DNA from: Paraspadella gotoi
Taxonomy: Eukaryota > Animalia > Chaetognatha
Direction of reading: 5' to 3'
NCBI GenBank assembly: GCA_051294375.1
Contig: CM119269.1
Location: forward strand, 15,015,918-15,079,917
Length of the DNA stretch: 64,000 nucleotides
The notes beneath the pieces are model-generated. The model made no database searches and had not been told where the DNA came from. It saw nothing but the letters and a program-made list of their open reading frames with translations. The position numbers and the translations under genes were made by a program. Every line of letters starts with the position of its first letter. Within the stretch, counting starts at the first letter, position 1. Positions 44,134 through 58,670 of this stretch are shown piece after piece.

Positions 44134-47100
44134 TCAAGTGATTGAGAAAACGGGATTGTCTTGGCCGTCAGCGTTGTCTTCGGGTTTCTAGGAAAGAAAA
44201 GATAAATAAGGAGGATTAGTGGATTACTCAATAAAGTAAACAAGGACTTCTCGCTGTAGTGGAAGTTAAAAGAAAACACTAGGCCTAAAACACAGAGTCA
44301 TATTATTGACAACATTCAAACTTACATCCTCTTTCTTCTCTGTTGTAACTTGGTTGGAAAACCCGTGCTTTTTACTGAAAAAAGAAAGTCGATAAGTAAA
44401 GAGGGATTATTAAAAATACAACCTTATAGCTGTTACACTAATGAATTACGAACTTAATAAGTCCCAAAAGACATCGTAAATTTTTATCGGTATCTCTATA
44501 TAAGATAGAGAAAAATCCTGTTTCTCGTGTTTTTTTCACTTTCTCTGTTATAGAAATTATAAACTTCAAAAGCGCAAATAAATTGACGAATGACCAATCG
44601 CCCAACGGTCCCCTTCAGTTGTGCTTCATCTAACTCTCACCAGTAGAGATACCAGGCGAGAGCGAAAGAGAGACACACGACCAATTTGAAGCACGAGGTG
44701 AGGGCCGTGATTGAAGTGGCCAAACCTTCCTTGTCGTAGAAAATGCAGAATCGCTCTTGGTCGTCCTCAATGTCCCCGGCTTCGTCTTCGTCCTCTGCAG
44801 AATGTGAATATTGAGAGCAACGTTATTAATGGATGCGGCGTTGCTTCCATTGCAACGCGATACCAACGCTAGTTTCTTATTACAGAAATTTCTTTCTTTA
44901 TTTCTATCTTTTCTCTTCCTTCCTTTCTTTCACATCTTTCTTTGACTTTTTTTTTTTTAGAACTCACCCGGATGTGACCAAGCCAAGCAGTTGACGTCAA
45001 AGATGTAACCAAAGAGCGGAGGTCCGGGAATCGTGCCAAATAAGCGACCGAACACCAACTGACAATAAAGTAATCGGCAACGTAATTCACAACATCAGCG
45101 GACACTTTTAAAATTAACAACAAACAAACAGATGCAAAAGCCCAAACCTGAATGCCGACGCCGACTGAGGTCATTTCGCTTTGAACGCATCTCAAGGTGG
45201 CGCTCATCGCCGGCATCGTGACGAAAGACATTGGGAATAACGTTGCCGCAAGGAGAAAGAGTATTACGTAGATCTAAAAGAAAAAATATTGAAAAAATTT
45301 AAAAACTGTATTCCATTCGTGGTTTTTAGATAAACATTTAAGCCTCACATTTCACATTTCACATCTAATATTTAAGGTAAAAAAGACGCTCAAACACTGT
45401 CATTGTAGCGTCGTAGCTAAAAAAAACATCTCACCATGTAATCAGGGCAATCCGAGTCGCATCTCTTTGACTCCACAACTGTGTCTGTGCATCTGCAATT
45501 CTTATTCGCGTCCAAATCTTTCTTTTGACATCCTGAAAACCAAAAAAAAAGGAAAAATTTGATAAAACATCAGAATAGCAGCTGATGAGCTACTTCGTTT
45601 CGGCGGTTGGTCGGTCGGTCTGTTGGCCAGTCCGTCGGTCTGTTTCGCCTACGTTTAAAGGCGATTATCTCACGGAACGCAGACGTTTAGAATAATACTT
45701 AGATATTAAGTGAAGTATCATAAGACCCGCCTTGTTTTGTACACAATCGAGTGAAGAGAAAGTTTATGCGCCACAATTTGCCGTTCCTCGTTCAGATACA
45801 AATAAAGTTTAAGTTTTCGCACTTTCACTCTCAACTTTTTACTTACCCTTCTCCCCCTTTACACTCACTGTCAGCACCTATTTTCTCCTTTTATTTGAAA
45901 TCTTTGCTTTCTCTCAACGACCCATACCAGCTCATCCCTTGCCCTGCCCTCATCCACGCACCCGCGTGACAGGCGCTGAACCACATAACGTCTCCCGAGC
46001 AAATCGGTTGAAAGTCTGAATCGTCGCATTTGCTGCAGATGGACCGCGCCTCATCGCAATAACGGAGCGTCTCGTTGGGTTGCTGCAGGGAAAGGTTGGT
46101 GCGGGAGTCGTAGTTGACCCCTTGGAATTTCACGTCGGAGCATCTGAGGAAGGGGGGGGGGAAGGCGAAGGTTCGTTAGAGGATCGGCGTTGTGTTTTAG
46201 ATAGGTAGCTCTTGAAATGTCGAACCTCAGCAGCAGCGCGAAGGTCTGAGGAATAGTGAAGAAGGAGATGATGGTGCACATGAGCAGAATCTGGCGACAA
46301 TTGAGGTCGAATCTGTTAACCACGAAACCACCCAGCACCATGCCTGAAAAGGAATTAGATCGTTGGACGTCTAGGTTCAAGAATACCGTTCGTTATCTCA
46401 TTTTGATTGTCCACGAAAAAATTTATTTGGCCTATATAAACCAAATGAAACCTAAAAGAACATATGGATAGACGACTTAGTTTATAATTGGATACGCAAA
46501 GAGTAGGTAATGAAATTGGTATAACCAATATAAAAAGTATCCATTAATTTAATAAATGAGCTATCTTGCCCCTGACTTTGGACAGGCTTTGGTAGTTTAA
46601 GGCCTCCATCATTCTTACAAGAAAATGACATGGCAGGTCCCTTCAAGCTTTCAATCAAGACTCTCTCACAGTCTTGTTTATTAACTCCCAGAGTACCTGG
46701 CTTCCATATCAAAGAAGTGGTATGCATGTTACTATCAAATTGGATTAGATTTGAAGAAAATATTTTTGTACGGTCCTTAAGGTAATCATCGATCATTCAT
46801 ACATTAATTCAGCAGTTCAGAAATTCACAAATAAACTAATTTACTCATTCAATAATTAATTAATACATAAATTCATTCATTAATTTACTCATTAAATTCA
46901 TTCAGTCCCTCTATTTACCCAAACTCCCAAATATGACAAGTATCGCTCCAAGCGACGTGGTGGCTTCGGCGGGCGAGAGTCCGATCTGCGACTCGAGGAA
47001 CTTGGGAAGGAAAGCGGCGAAGCCGGCGAGGACGAAGCCTTCGGCGGAGGCGCAGATCGTGATGAGGAGCCACACCGGATTCGAGATCAGCGTCCACAGG

Positions 47101-50100
47101 TCGCGGAGGAACGCCGTCAGCGACCTCCGCGTCCGACGCAGCAGCGAGATCAACTTCCGCAGCAGTTTGGCCACGACGCCGCGTCGTCGCGGAGAAGGCG
47201 TCATCGGCGCCGTAGATGAGTAGCTAGCGTCGAGCGAGGGCGCCGGTTTGGGGGAAGGGGGCGGGGACTGTTTGGCGGGCGGGGATTTTGGTTCTGACGG
47301 TGGCGGGGAGGATGGGTTGAAGGGTTTGAGGGGCGTGGAATGGGACGTGGTTTGAGGGGTGGGGTCCGGGGCGGCGACGTCCGAAGACGCCGTCGATTCG
47401 CTCGTCCGAGAGGCGTCTTTGTCGGAGGGATCGACGGGCGGAGATGAATTGTCGTTGTTGTTAATAGCGGGGGCGGCGCCGGCGCCACGCAAAGCGCGCG
47501 TTCGATAACTCTCGTCGGGACGATTGGCGCGTTTCTCTTCGTAGTCGGGAAGATGCTTAGGGAATCCGCAGATGACGAATCCGACGACGAAGCAAAGGAT
47601 GAAGTTGATGAGGAATCCCAACCACCAAACGCCGACCTTAAGGGGCGAGTGGAGTAGTATGTCTTTTAACCAACTAGAGATTGAGGGGTTTATCGTGAAA
47701 ATCAAACTGGATTTTACCAAGTTTCGAAAAGTTAAATTTATTTTTTAAATTGAATGAAGTTGCTAAAACGAAATATATATATAATATTCATTCATTTAAG
47801 TGCTTCCATCCCTCTAGTGAGATAATTACATTGCAGGACCTCTCACAGTCTCGTTTATTCACTCTTACGTCTTAGAGTACTTTACTTCCCTATTAATGAG
47901 GTGGTATGTTTCAAAGTTTCAATGGTCCATTAGCTTGACAGTTTAATTCATTTTTAAATCTTTAAACTTGTATTTCCTTATATCCTTAGTTATATCGATT
48001 AAGTTTCCTAATTTGGCTCAAATTAAGTAAAAACTCGCGTGATTCTCACTCACTGGAAGTTTCACGAATTTGTAATCAATCCTTGCCAAAGTTCGCTTGA
48101 AGACAAATCGTATTTGTTTTCCCTTTCACTTTCTTACAACATTCTTGGGACACTCATCGGGAAAGCGAATGGCACGTAGAATAAATTATTAAGATAAACA
48201 AGTTGGAAAGTAGTTATCACGAGATAACTTCGCGCCTAAGGCTCAGACTAAGTGGTTTATTTACTGGGCCCAATTAGGGTTGAACTCGAGGTATTTCTAT
48301 AAGCTTTCGAGCATAATTTAATTAAAGATTATTTAAAAAGGTTAACCAAGATTTACAGTTTTACGAGTTTTTTAATGTTTTTTAAGTAATGCAAAAAGAT
48401 AATATTTCTGTTATAACATCTCTTCCCCCTTTTACATAGTAAAAGAAAAGCATGACTCTCTTTCCCATCATCATCATCATCATAATCATTAAAAACTAAA
48501 AACAACAAAAACATCAACGATGACGAAAAAACTAAAACAACAACAACAATAATAATATTAACGCCGACAGCGACAACGACGAAACAAAAACAAGCCCCCC
48601 CCAAAAAAAAACAACAACAACAACTCCCTCCCTGGCCTCCCTTCCGCTCACGAAATTGGGATGCGACGGCTCCAGCGTGAACGAAAAATCGGCGCCCAGA
48701 TCCGTGGGTAAGTTAAGCAGCTGCCCGCCGCCCATGTAGCCGATCGCCGGCCCCACCGCCGCCGCTGCGTAGTAGACCCCGATGAAAAGGGCGCTCTGGG
48801 CCGGCAAGAGATTTTCGTCCAAGTAGGTTACACCCAGGATCCACATGGGACAGGCGCCGATCCCGTGGAGAACTTGACCGTAGACGAACATTCCGATGTA
48901 GTCGTGGAGTGGGATGGAGATTGAGGGATCGAGGGAAGGGCTGAGAAAAAAGTGGGGGGGGGGTTGGTAAAATAGCTCCCTTTGTCTCTCTCTCTCTTTG
49001 TCTATCCTTCTCGTTCTCTCTCTTTCTGTCCCTCTCTGTCTCAGCATATCTTTGTCTCCCTTTCTCTCTATCTCTCTTTCTTTATTTCTTTATTTCATTA
49101 TTTCATTCTCTTTTCAAAGTGTAAATGCTTTTCCGTTCAAATCATTAAGTTACAACAAAAAAAAAACTCGGGAACTATCGGGGGGAAAAACCTGTTCCGT
49201 CACATTCCGTAGTCGTCAAATTAAAGAAAGAAAGATATCAAGATATCAAGATATCAAGAAATCAAGAAAGAAAGAAATCAAGAAATCAAGAAATCAAGAA
49301 AGAAAGAAAGAAAGAAAGAAATTTATGACCAGAGAAAAAAAAGAAATAGCAGAAAACAGTAAAAGAAAGGCTAATAAGTAAATCAATCAATCCATTAATT
49401 GGAAAAAAATAAATATAACGTACAATGCATCTAACGTCAAGTAAGAGTTATTTATTTTATTTTATTTTTTTTAATTTATTTTACTTTGACGTCTGTGACT
49501 CACTCTGATTGGTTGCCTGGCCGGACGAGACAGGGCACCTCCTCTGCCCCGAGCTCCTGGTGGTTGGGGATGTAGTGTTCCGTCGTGAAGTGAGGTAAGG
49601 CAAACATGAGCGACCCTACCCCAATGAACATAATGCCGATCCCGGTCACCAGTGGCTTTCGAGCTTTCGAGCCTGCAATATTTAAAAAAAATAGAATTTT
49701 CATCTCTTTAAATCAATTTTAAAAGTACAGTAGACTGTAAAGAAACATTGTTCATCTGCCTTTTTCATAAGCCGTTCTTTACACAGGGGCATTTAATGAA
49801 TCAACCAGGATTCGATTTCCATATTGTAGTACAAAATAAGAAGTTAATAAAGTTGCGCTTTCAAATGTAACTGTATTAAATTGATAGAACTGACATATAT
49901 TTAAGGAAGCTCACTATAGACTGAGAGTCCGAGACGCAACAGGCAGAGATTTAAACAGACAATGATGTAGAATTGAAGGAAAATTTGAAGGCGGAACAAA
50001 TCAATGACTTACCCCCGTAATAACTGATGGGTAAGGAAGCGAGGAGAGAGGCGATGTCGTAGGACGAAGGGATGAAGCCCGACTTGGTTGAGGTGAGGTG

Positions 50101-53100
50101 GAACCGGCGCTCGAGGGTCGTGATGACGACGTTGACGAGGCCGTTGACGGCGAAGCCTTGGAAGATCGCCGCCAGGGACAACATCGCCAGGACCCATTTG
50201 GGAGATCTGATAAGAATCCGGTTTCGATTAAAGGCTTGACGGAAGAGAGTTGCGACCTAATTTGTCCTTTGTCACGAGAAATTAATCATGTTTGAAGCAT
50301 GTTTACTGTTTAATGTTAGATAAATTTTATAGATAAATGTATTACTTAGAAACTACAAAACATAAATTAAATCATAATACGTCATTAGATAGACAATTCA
50401 TGAACGTTATTCAAAGTCACGAAATTATTCATAATATTAACTGGTTTAAAAACCAAGCGATGGTTGAACTTTCCTCTTTCATTAAACCTGAATCTGTTGC
50501 AATTTTCGCAGGCAAAGCATCCCCAACCGCAAGTGTAGTCCTTCGTTGCCAACACCATCGCCTGAAAGAAACGAGAGAAAAAGGTCTCGTCGCAAGCGGA
50601 ACAAAATCGGGAGAGAGTCCCACCCGCCGGGCCAGGTCGTAAAGAATTTCGGAGAGAAAAAAAAAAAAAGAATTACCGGGTCCAAGCCCGGATTTTTTCC
50701 CCCTCGACTCTTCAGCAAATAAAGATCTTTAAATAAAAAAAAAAAAAAGAAAAGCTGAGAGAGTTTTCTTTGGGAGAGAAACGTAACGAACCGGGGTTTT
50801 TTTGTTTGTTTGTTTTTGTTTTCACCTAATTTAAGGAAATCTAGTATGATTTAACGTGTAATTATGAATTTATTTTTATCACGTTATTATACTTACGCCG
50901 AATTGAAAACCGCGGTGCCCTGCAGTTGAACTGTGTGCCACGGGCACGCGGGCACGGCGTTGATAGGGGACAGTTTGAATTTAACTAGTAACTGTAGAAA
51001 GAAAGCAATTGCTTTAGAAATAAAATCAATAGAAAGTAGGGGTATAAAAACAAAAAAAGAAAGGGTAGATTTTCAGAGGAAGAAATTACTATCAGACCGA
51101 ATTGCAAATCAAAGTTCGTTAAAAATTATTACGTTCTCTGTAATTAACATTATCCCATAAATATTTGGTAGCGCTGAAAACATTCAGTCGTTAAAACTAT
51201 TAAGAGCACATATTCCCGGATCAGTTTATTCAGTAAATAGACAAACATATTTACATATGCGCATTAAAAAACTGCTCGCCCCCCTCTCCCCCGGCTTTAA
51301 AATATTCATTTTAAAAGAAAAAGGGACCAAGATGAGGTTTTGATTAAACAAACATTCGGCAAACGAGTTCTTGACAAACATACGATACGATAAAAACGAA
51401 AATTCGTAAAAACGATAAAGTCATCCGTCTTAAACGAGCGAGTTAAACGTAAAAATAGATTGACAAGAGCGATAGCCGGCAAAATAATGTTTGTTATATA
51501 TAGGACACTTCGCATCAGATGTGAGCTGACTGTCTGGGATCGACCCGAGTTTTTTATAACTAATTTCTCTCTTTTTTTTTATATTTAAACGAAAAAGTTT
51601 CGTCGGATCGGATCGCTCGGTTTTTTCGAGGCAAAACACAAAAATATCGAAAGGAAATAAAACTTTTGGGGCCACAAAAAAAAAAGGAAGGATGAAAGTT
51701 AAAAATTATTTTTTTTGGCGGAGAATGTTGTGGACGATTCGCACCATACGTTGTTCACGTGATTCGATTCATCAGTTTCTTTTTGATTTATTTACTTTGT
51801 TTGTTTTCCTTTCTTTTTCTTTGCGTTATTAGTTTGAGGTAGAAAATGATTGTTTTTTAATATACAACGACTTTTATTATGAAACTCAATTTCGGACATG
51901 GTTTAATTTATTTACTTGAACTTATTTAGTTTAGTTAGTTTAAGATGAAAAAAAAAACAATTCGGGAGAAAAGATAAATTTTGTTTATTTTTGCCCTTTA
52001 GTCAAAATATGAACAAAATTTATTCTTCAGGAAAACAAAATTAAAAAGCATTAATTTGTTTTCTCTTTTTTCCCTATGAAAAAGTTTCATAAAAGTGAAA
52101 CGCTAGTTTTAAAATGAACTTATAAAATGGAAAAAAAGTTGAATATAAACGGACTCTGAGTACAGCTTGAATCGATAAAGAAGGCAAACTGGAAAAAATA
52201 AATCAAACCGTTTGAACTTTTAAAATCCAAATATTTTACAATTATTGACAGTTTAATAAAAGTAACCATAATAGAAAAAAAAAAGAAAAGGAAAAAAATA
52301 TAAAGTCTTATTAAAAATACAATTGTTAATGAAAGTTACTATTCCAAACCTTTTGACTAAAACTAAAATTAAAATTCTTGAACGACGTTTCTCTAGATAT
52401 TACAACTAATTGTGAAATAAGTACATTCAACAGTTTCATTCCATCCGAGTCTGAACGACGCTCAGTAAGAATAATTTCTAAAGTAATCATATTAGCCGGT
52501 AAAATTCTCGGCTTTATGTTCGTATGAACATTGAACAGGATATATTTTTTTAAAAATAAGTAAAAAAAACAAAAAAATCCAAGAGAATTTTTTTTTTGAG
52601 CGTCGCGTTAATGAGCGAAGGGCATCCACCTTCGAACGAAGCTCACAACTGATTTCGATGTTTCTCCCTTTCGACCGCTCGAAGTTCGACCGACGTCCCT
52701 CCGTTAATTTCGGGGCTAAAATGTGTCCCTAGGCCCTAGGTTAAGGGTGATTGATTCGGAGATGAGGTTTCTCATTCTTTTCGTGTATCAGTGCAGACGA
52801 AATGAAACTTTTTTTTTTTAAATTTAATGACATTTTTGATGATATATTGGTTGTACCGATTTTATATAACTTTTTCAGCTAGTTTTTTTTTTCTAATTTA
52901 TTTTATTTAATAAGGCAAATGAGTTCAGACGTTTAGTGGACCAAAAACTACTATCAAGGTCAACAAACATTATTTAATTGCATTGAAAATATTATTTTGG
53001 ATATTGAAAATTACAGATTAGCTCGTCATTACGAATTCGCAAGTCTACTACAACCTGAAAGAGATTACTTTCAATTTAACCACACCGTCTGCTTTCTCTT

Positions 53101-53998
53101 TCTCTTAATACCATCTGACAAAACTTTAACTTACGCCAGGCATTTGGACAACTTTCCAGGAGAACGACAAGAGTGCGTGACACGTTTAACTTCCCACGCA
53201 ACTTGTTTTTTTACGATTCGCGGTGGTACAAATTTTTAATTTATGGTATTTAGCTTTCCATATACGAAAAAATATTGTAATGAAACTTGAGGCTGGTTTT
53301 GTGTTTCGGCAATAGTTCTGTTTGAGAAGCGTTTGAAAACGCGCTATGGGTTTGGAAGTCCTCCGAAAAAAAATTAGAAGTATTACGGTACCTAACCCCG
53401 TCAGAATAGATGAAATAAATAGAATAGATAGAAAGTGTTGTGCTACGAACGTCATCGTTCAAAAGGTGGCGACAAACGGGGGGAAAAATATTCTTTGAGT
53501 AAAAAGAAAGCTGACGTTGGCAACCAATCGCTGCTTCTTTTTTTTCTTCAGTTCTTCAGTCCTTTTAGCTCCTTTTATTTATTTCTGTTTTGAATTTTCT
53601 CTGAAACAAAAAATATTTTTTTTTGGTCTTTCGCGTGACGAAGACAATCAGGCACGAAAAGGCACGAAAGTGGGGGGGCTTGGGGGGGATGGCCGGTAAC
53701 TTTTTTGAAATGGCGCCGAAACTAGGAACGGATTCCGGAAAAGGATTTTGAAAACCTTAGGTCAAGGACCCGGCTTCTGGAATCTAAGGAGGGTGGGAGG
53801 GGGGGACTGGAGAGTTGGATTTGGGCCGGGCACACGAGGCTAAATGTCCAGGGGCCAATGGCCTGACGACGGGAACGGAACTGGCAACGGCTTTCGTGTC
53901 GGGCACCTAAATTGAAGGGACGGGTGGATGGCACGAACTCTGGATTTATTTTGGGAAGTGGAGGAAGTAAATCGGGAAAACGGACGCAACACTGGGTT

Positions 53999-54037
<39 letters not shown>

Positions 54038-55290
54038 ACATATGTGTCCAAGTGATAAACACACAAGTATTTATCGATTCGTTTTGTTATATTTTTCACT
54101 TCCATGAATCGGTCATCTTTTTTTATGAAATTCGTACGACCAATTTCAGGATGTACCTTTTACAACTCAGTGTAATGTGACCGACCGACCGATCGAAGAC
54201 CCTCTTCAGTTAGTTTTTTTTCCTGAGCACATGGATTATAGTTTTGTTATTAGTAATTTTTATGGTATGTCCTTAAATTGCGCCGCAACCAGAAGCGGCC
54301 CAGATGTTTCAGTGCAGGTATGAGTATCAGGAAAAAAAATTAAATTCCAAGAAAGTTATTTTAAGATTGGCGGAAAAGTTTTGTATAATGAGTTTTTTTC
54401 AAATCTCTTTTAATTTTAAAGCCTTCAAAGAATGGATAACGAGGGAGAATGTGTTTTTATTTTTAACATTAACAAAGTTTGATTTTATTTTTGCAACGAA
54501 TTTTATTTTAAAAGAGCAGACAAGTTTCGGCTCACAATACGAGCCTTCATCAGCGCACATGAGTTATGTGAGTTATGTGAGCCGAAACATGTCTGCTCTT
54601 TTAAAATAAAATTCGTTGCAAAATAAAATCAAACTTTGTTAATCTCTCAAACAACGAAAAAGAAAGGATAATTACCATGAATACCTATTTTTAACATGAA
54701 AATCTATCGTTCGTCAGAAAATACTTATCATTTCTAGTTAGCGAGTGTAAAAACTGCAGGTAACTAGCTATAACATCATGTATGTCAGAAAATACGATTC
54801 TTAGGTAGTCTTATCCTTTACTTAAAGATTAAAGCAATCATAATATAACCTTAATAACCCAAAAAATTATCCATTCCCCCTTTTTGACGGCCTTGTAGAT
54901 ATCATGAGTTTCTCATTATTGTAATTATTTTCCAAGAGGAATGATGTACGATATCTATTATAAAACTGGCACAGAAAGTAATCTAACAATGTGTTTCCAG
55001 AAGACAACACTAACGTCCTCATCTCAAACAGATAAACAATATCAAATTTAAATATTTAACGCAAAAAAAAATATTTTAATAAATAAAATAAAATGATTAG
55101 TAATAGTTATTTTTTAAATCTATATACAATATCATCGCAGGAGAATCAATGATATATACAATTATTACAATATACACAATACCCAGCTCCCTGTAAATCG
55201 AGTTATCCTCACCTTCTTGTCGACATTATCCTCCTTGTTGTTGTTCTCCTCCTCGTTATTGTTTTCCTCGACGTCTCCTTCGGCGGCCAT
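44134..55290 (-). CDS. Organic anion transporting polypeptide (OATP/SLCO, closest to the SLCO4 type)
   Basis: Exon 55290-55213 (MAAEGDVEE...DKK) joins in frame to AMVLATKDYTCGWGCF...SPKWVL. Motifs: ITTLERRFHLTSTKSGFIPSSYD, LPHF, GVTYLDEN, GPAIGY, VGVWWLGF, FLPKFLESQ, Kazal-like CSKCDDSDFQPICSGD..FSACHAG, GTIPGPPLFG. Stop at 44136-44134. Confidence 0.92.
46500..46715 (-). mobile_element. Dispersed repeat (copies at ~59165-59365 + and partial ~47835-47910), possibly a Penelope GIY-YIG C-terminal remnant
   Basis: Shared GGAAGCCAGGTACTCTGGGAGT...GAGAGAGTCTTGATTGAAAGCTTG. Translates to CERVLIESL...KNDGGLKLP. Confidence 0.5.
54458..54697 (-). mobile_element. Penelope-like palindromic insertion with minimal hammerhead ribozyme motif (SLCO intron 1)
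   Basis: ~67-bp inverted arms. Minus strand GCG-CTGATGA-AGGCTC-GTATTGT-GAGCC-GAAAC-TTGTC-TGC; tail CAACGAAAAAGAAAGGA; flanking direct repeat TATTTTTAACAT. Confidence 0.8.
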
Positions 55291-56547
55291 TTTTGGATCT
55301 TTCCTTTCCGCTTTTCTCGCGCGAAGTTTTGTTTATTTTGCATAGACGCCGACGAAGTTGACGGCGAGTTTTTCCGGCGATCGCAGATTTAATTCTCGCC
55401 GAGGCAACCGTGGCTTTCCTTTCCAGTCGTACGCAGTTCCTAACATTATCTCTCCTTGTCTTTATGAAGCCTGAAGGATCTAAAGCGGAACTGGTTTTTC
55501 CACTTTCCAAAAATAGAAAATTCGAAGAAGGAAAAAAAAAAAATTAAACGTCGAGGGCGGATTTTTGAATCTTGTCTCCCTCTTTCGGTGACGATTTATG
55601 ACGTCGGCGTTTTTAATTCGAGGTCCTGTTTCAGTACTGTTTGAACTACTATTGAACAGTTTTTACTGGTGGAAAAATTGAACGGATTTTTTTGATGAAG
55701 GGATATTAAAATAATAAATATATAACATTATCAATATATACATAGTTCTTCATGTTACGTAGCTTGGAAAGGGCGTACATTTTATAACGTAAGATAAATA
55801 TTTAACTGGGTCTTAACTTCTCTTTTTCTTTTATCAAGAACCGGTTCTTTTTTTTTTTCCTATTTGCACAAGTGTAAATATGTATTTAAAAAAAAAAGGA
55901 TCATCTTCCTTAGCTTCATAACGAGAAAAAATACCGCAACCAGCACTTACCATTTCCGGTTATATTTACCTGAATTGCGGTAACGTTGCTTTTTGCCTTA
56001 ATGCAAAAAAAAAAAAAAAAAAAAAACCTCATTTTTGTTCTAAAAAAACATTGGTTCAGAAAAGGTACAGTCGTAAATATCTCATGGTCTCAAACCCGAA
56101 GACTGATTTCGCAGAACCAACACACTTTATCGTCGTCGTCGTCGTCGTTTTTTCATGACTTATCCAACACGAGGTGCGAAAGAAAAATAAGAAAAGACGA
56201 AATCTCGACGAAACAAAATTCTATCTTTAAAAAACTGGTTAAATAGAACTTAGAAGATCAGGCTTGAGACTCATTCCCAAACTTAGAACTCATTATAGGT
56301 CGAGGGTTTAATCATCAGGCCGTTTGGTTCCTCCGTCTCTACCTCCGTTTGCACTTGTGCATTGTGCAGAATCCAAACTAAAATACATTGTCTTTCCTCC
56401 AACGTAAAATTTATTCTTAAAACTATGAAAGACGTCAATTCTCCTTGGGCTTAAATCTACAATAGAGTGATGTGAAAATGATAAAATTTTAGAAAATTAA
56501 AATTTAGCATATAAAACATGAATATAAATAGAGCCAAACTTCAGCAA

Positions 56548-57698
56548 TGGGGTGGGTCAGAAGTTTGATTTGGGAACCTTTCTAAATGAAACTTCATACA
56601 TTTCTGAGAAAACTTTCAATGGAGCAAATTTTTTTTAAAATGGCAAGAAGCATTAGTAATTATTTTTTTAATATTTATTTATAGATAGGAAATGTCAAAA
56701 TTTTTTTTTGAATTTTTTATTTTTAAAAGCAGATTCAAATAGCTTATGAAAAGTTATCTGCACAAAGTATAATTCTTTTTTCAATATTTTGATGATAAAT
56801 GGGTTTAAATTGAGAAAAACCTTAAAAAATCATCATCATCATCATCATCCGATGATTTTAGCAGTTTTTACTCATTTTTAGTAATAAAACATCAAAATTT
56901 TCAAAAGTTGTAATTATATTTTTGTTTAACTATCAGTTGTAATTATATTTTGTGTTTAACTATCAGAATCAATTAAAAAAAAATATCAAATATCAAATAT
57001 CAAAAAAAAATTTTTGACATTATATAGCAATATAATAATATTAATTAGCGAATTACTCATGGTTAAAAACATTTTTGCAAAAAAATATTTTAACACAATA
57101 ATTAGTTTAATGCTGTTCCCATTAAAATTTGAATTTGGTAGCTACCGCTAATATAAAAACCAATAAAAATAATTTAATAAATTTATTTTTTAATTTTAAA
57201 CATTAGTGGGCACCAGTGAGCTATATTTTTATATAGTAATAAGTATATAATAGGCTAAAATTTCAAATTGCAAATTTTTAAATTTTAAGACCGGATTTGG
57301 ATTTCTTGCAAAAAGTTGATTAAGAAAATATAATTCTTTTTAAAAAATTGTTTTATTAAGTTGGTTAAAAATGTAAAAAACTATATTTAAAATGCCAATT
57401 TCATTTTCAAAGTTAAAAATATAGTTTTTTATCATTTTAACCTATTTAATAACATAATTTTTGAAAAACATTTATATTTTTTTAACAACTTTTTATGAGA
57501 AATCTGAAACTGTTTTTAGAATTAAAAAAAACATTTTGAAATTTTTACATTATATAAGGGTAGTACTAAATGCAAAATAAGCTGACTGGGCTACTATATT
57601 TATTTTAAAAAAATAACTACAGATTAGTATTCACTAATATGATAGTTTTCAAGATATAACTGTTAAATTTTAATTCCAAACTTTCACTTCACCCTACT
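56548..57698. mobile_element. Possible AT-rich foldback/MITE
   Basis: Weak terminal inverted similarity (GGGTGGGTCAGAAGTTTG vs reverse complement GGGTGAAGTGAAAGTTTG) and an internal inverted repeat at ~57280-57390 / 57415-57530. Confidence 0.4.
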
Positions 57699-58589
57699 AA
57701 ACAGGGTTGGATGTTGCGAGAAGGAAAAACGAGATAGTATTGGTAGGCATGGAAGAATGTTCAATTGTTCATAGAGAGATTATTAAGGGAAGGAGTCCAA
57801 CAGCCGCAATATTCTCGGCAAGCATTTTTGCATTTGTGATTCCTTCAACAACCTAAAGAACTGCTCTGGACGACTTCGCTTCCACAGTAGAACTGAAAGG
57901 CCACACGGTCTTCATCGACCACATTTCTTCGATCAGAGTCTTTAAGTGATTCATCCAATCAGTGATTTCAGTCCAATCAGTGATTTCATCCGAGTCTCTG
58001 ATCCGGTTTGATTCCGATAAGAATCCGATTCGATTCCTTGGTTTAGATTCCACCTTTGATGGTAGGGTCACCTCAAGTCATCAAAACCCTCTCGGCTTTA
58101 AGTTCTAATAGCCTCTCCCAGCGACGCTAAAACCACTCTCTCAAAACAAACATTTTCACTCGTTCAGGTATGTATGTTTCTGCCTTTTTATTATTGCTAT
58201 CGTTACATTTTATGTATGAGTTGTTGTATTCCGTCCCATACGACCCTGACACAGCAATTCCTAGAATTCTTCTATACCGCTACAATGCTACATCTTTCCT
58301 ACAATCTGAAAGAATTAATTTTTATCATGAAGAGATATGTTATGAAGTTTATTCCTTCTTCTCCAACGGTGCGTCTGAGATGCATGGACTCATATTTTTG
58401 GACTTAACTAACTTATTTCATAGACACTTTAAATTTTGACTGTGAGCTTACGGAGTTACGGTACCTGTGTGGCGGTATATTCACACCGCCTCACGTCCTC
58501 CATCGTTCATCCAAATCCATAGGCTCAGAGGGGGAACACACCATCCCAGGCGTAGTGTTCCATCCGCAGTCCTAACGACTTCCCTCTGC

Positions 58590-58670
58590 GTTGGCAAAGC
58601 GAGACCGTCCTAGGGTAACCGCGCCAGTGACTGGAGGCGTCACTGAGGGTCGGAAGCCCCCAAAGCCAAC
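58590..58670 (+). ncRNA. Twister ribozyme motif, type-P5 circular permutation
   Basis: GTTGGC-AAA-GCGA-GA-CCGT-CCTAGG-G-TAA-CCGC-GC-CAGTGAC-tggaggc-GTCACTG-A-GGG-TCGG-AA-GC-CCC-CAAA-GCCAAC maps onto P5/P2'/GA/T1'/P1/UAA/P2/T2/P3/P4/P5'. Confidence 0.75.

Noticed and set aside
45582-45605. CTGATGAG hammerhead-like start
   Set aside because: No stem II followed by GAAA.
50676-50691. CCGG-GTCC-AA-GC-CCGG, resembling twister P4
   Set aside because: No UAA-P2-GC or P2'-GA-T1' partner nearby; it is a simple hairpin.
58565-58590. Minus-strand GAGGGAAGTC resembling RNase P/MRP CR-I
   Set aside because: No matching CR-V/P4 partner; the plus-strand twister reading explains the region better.
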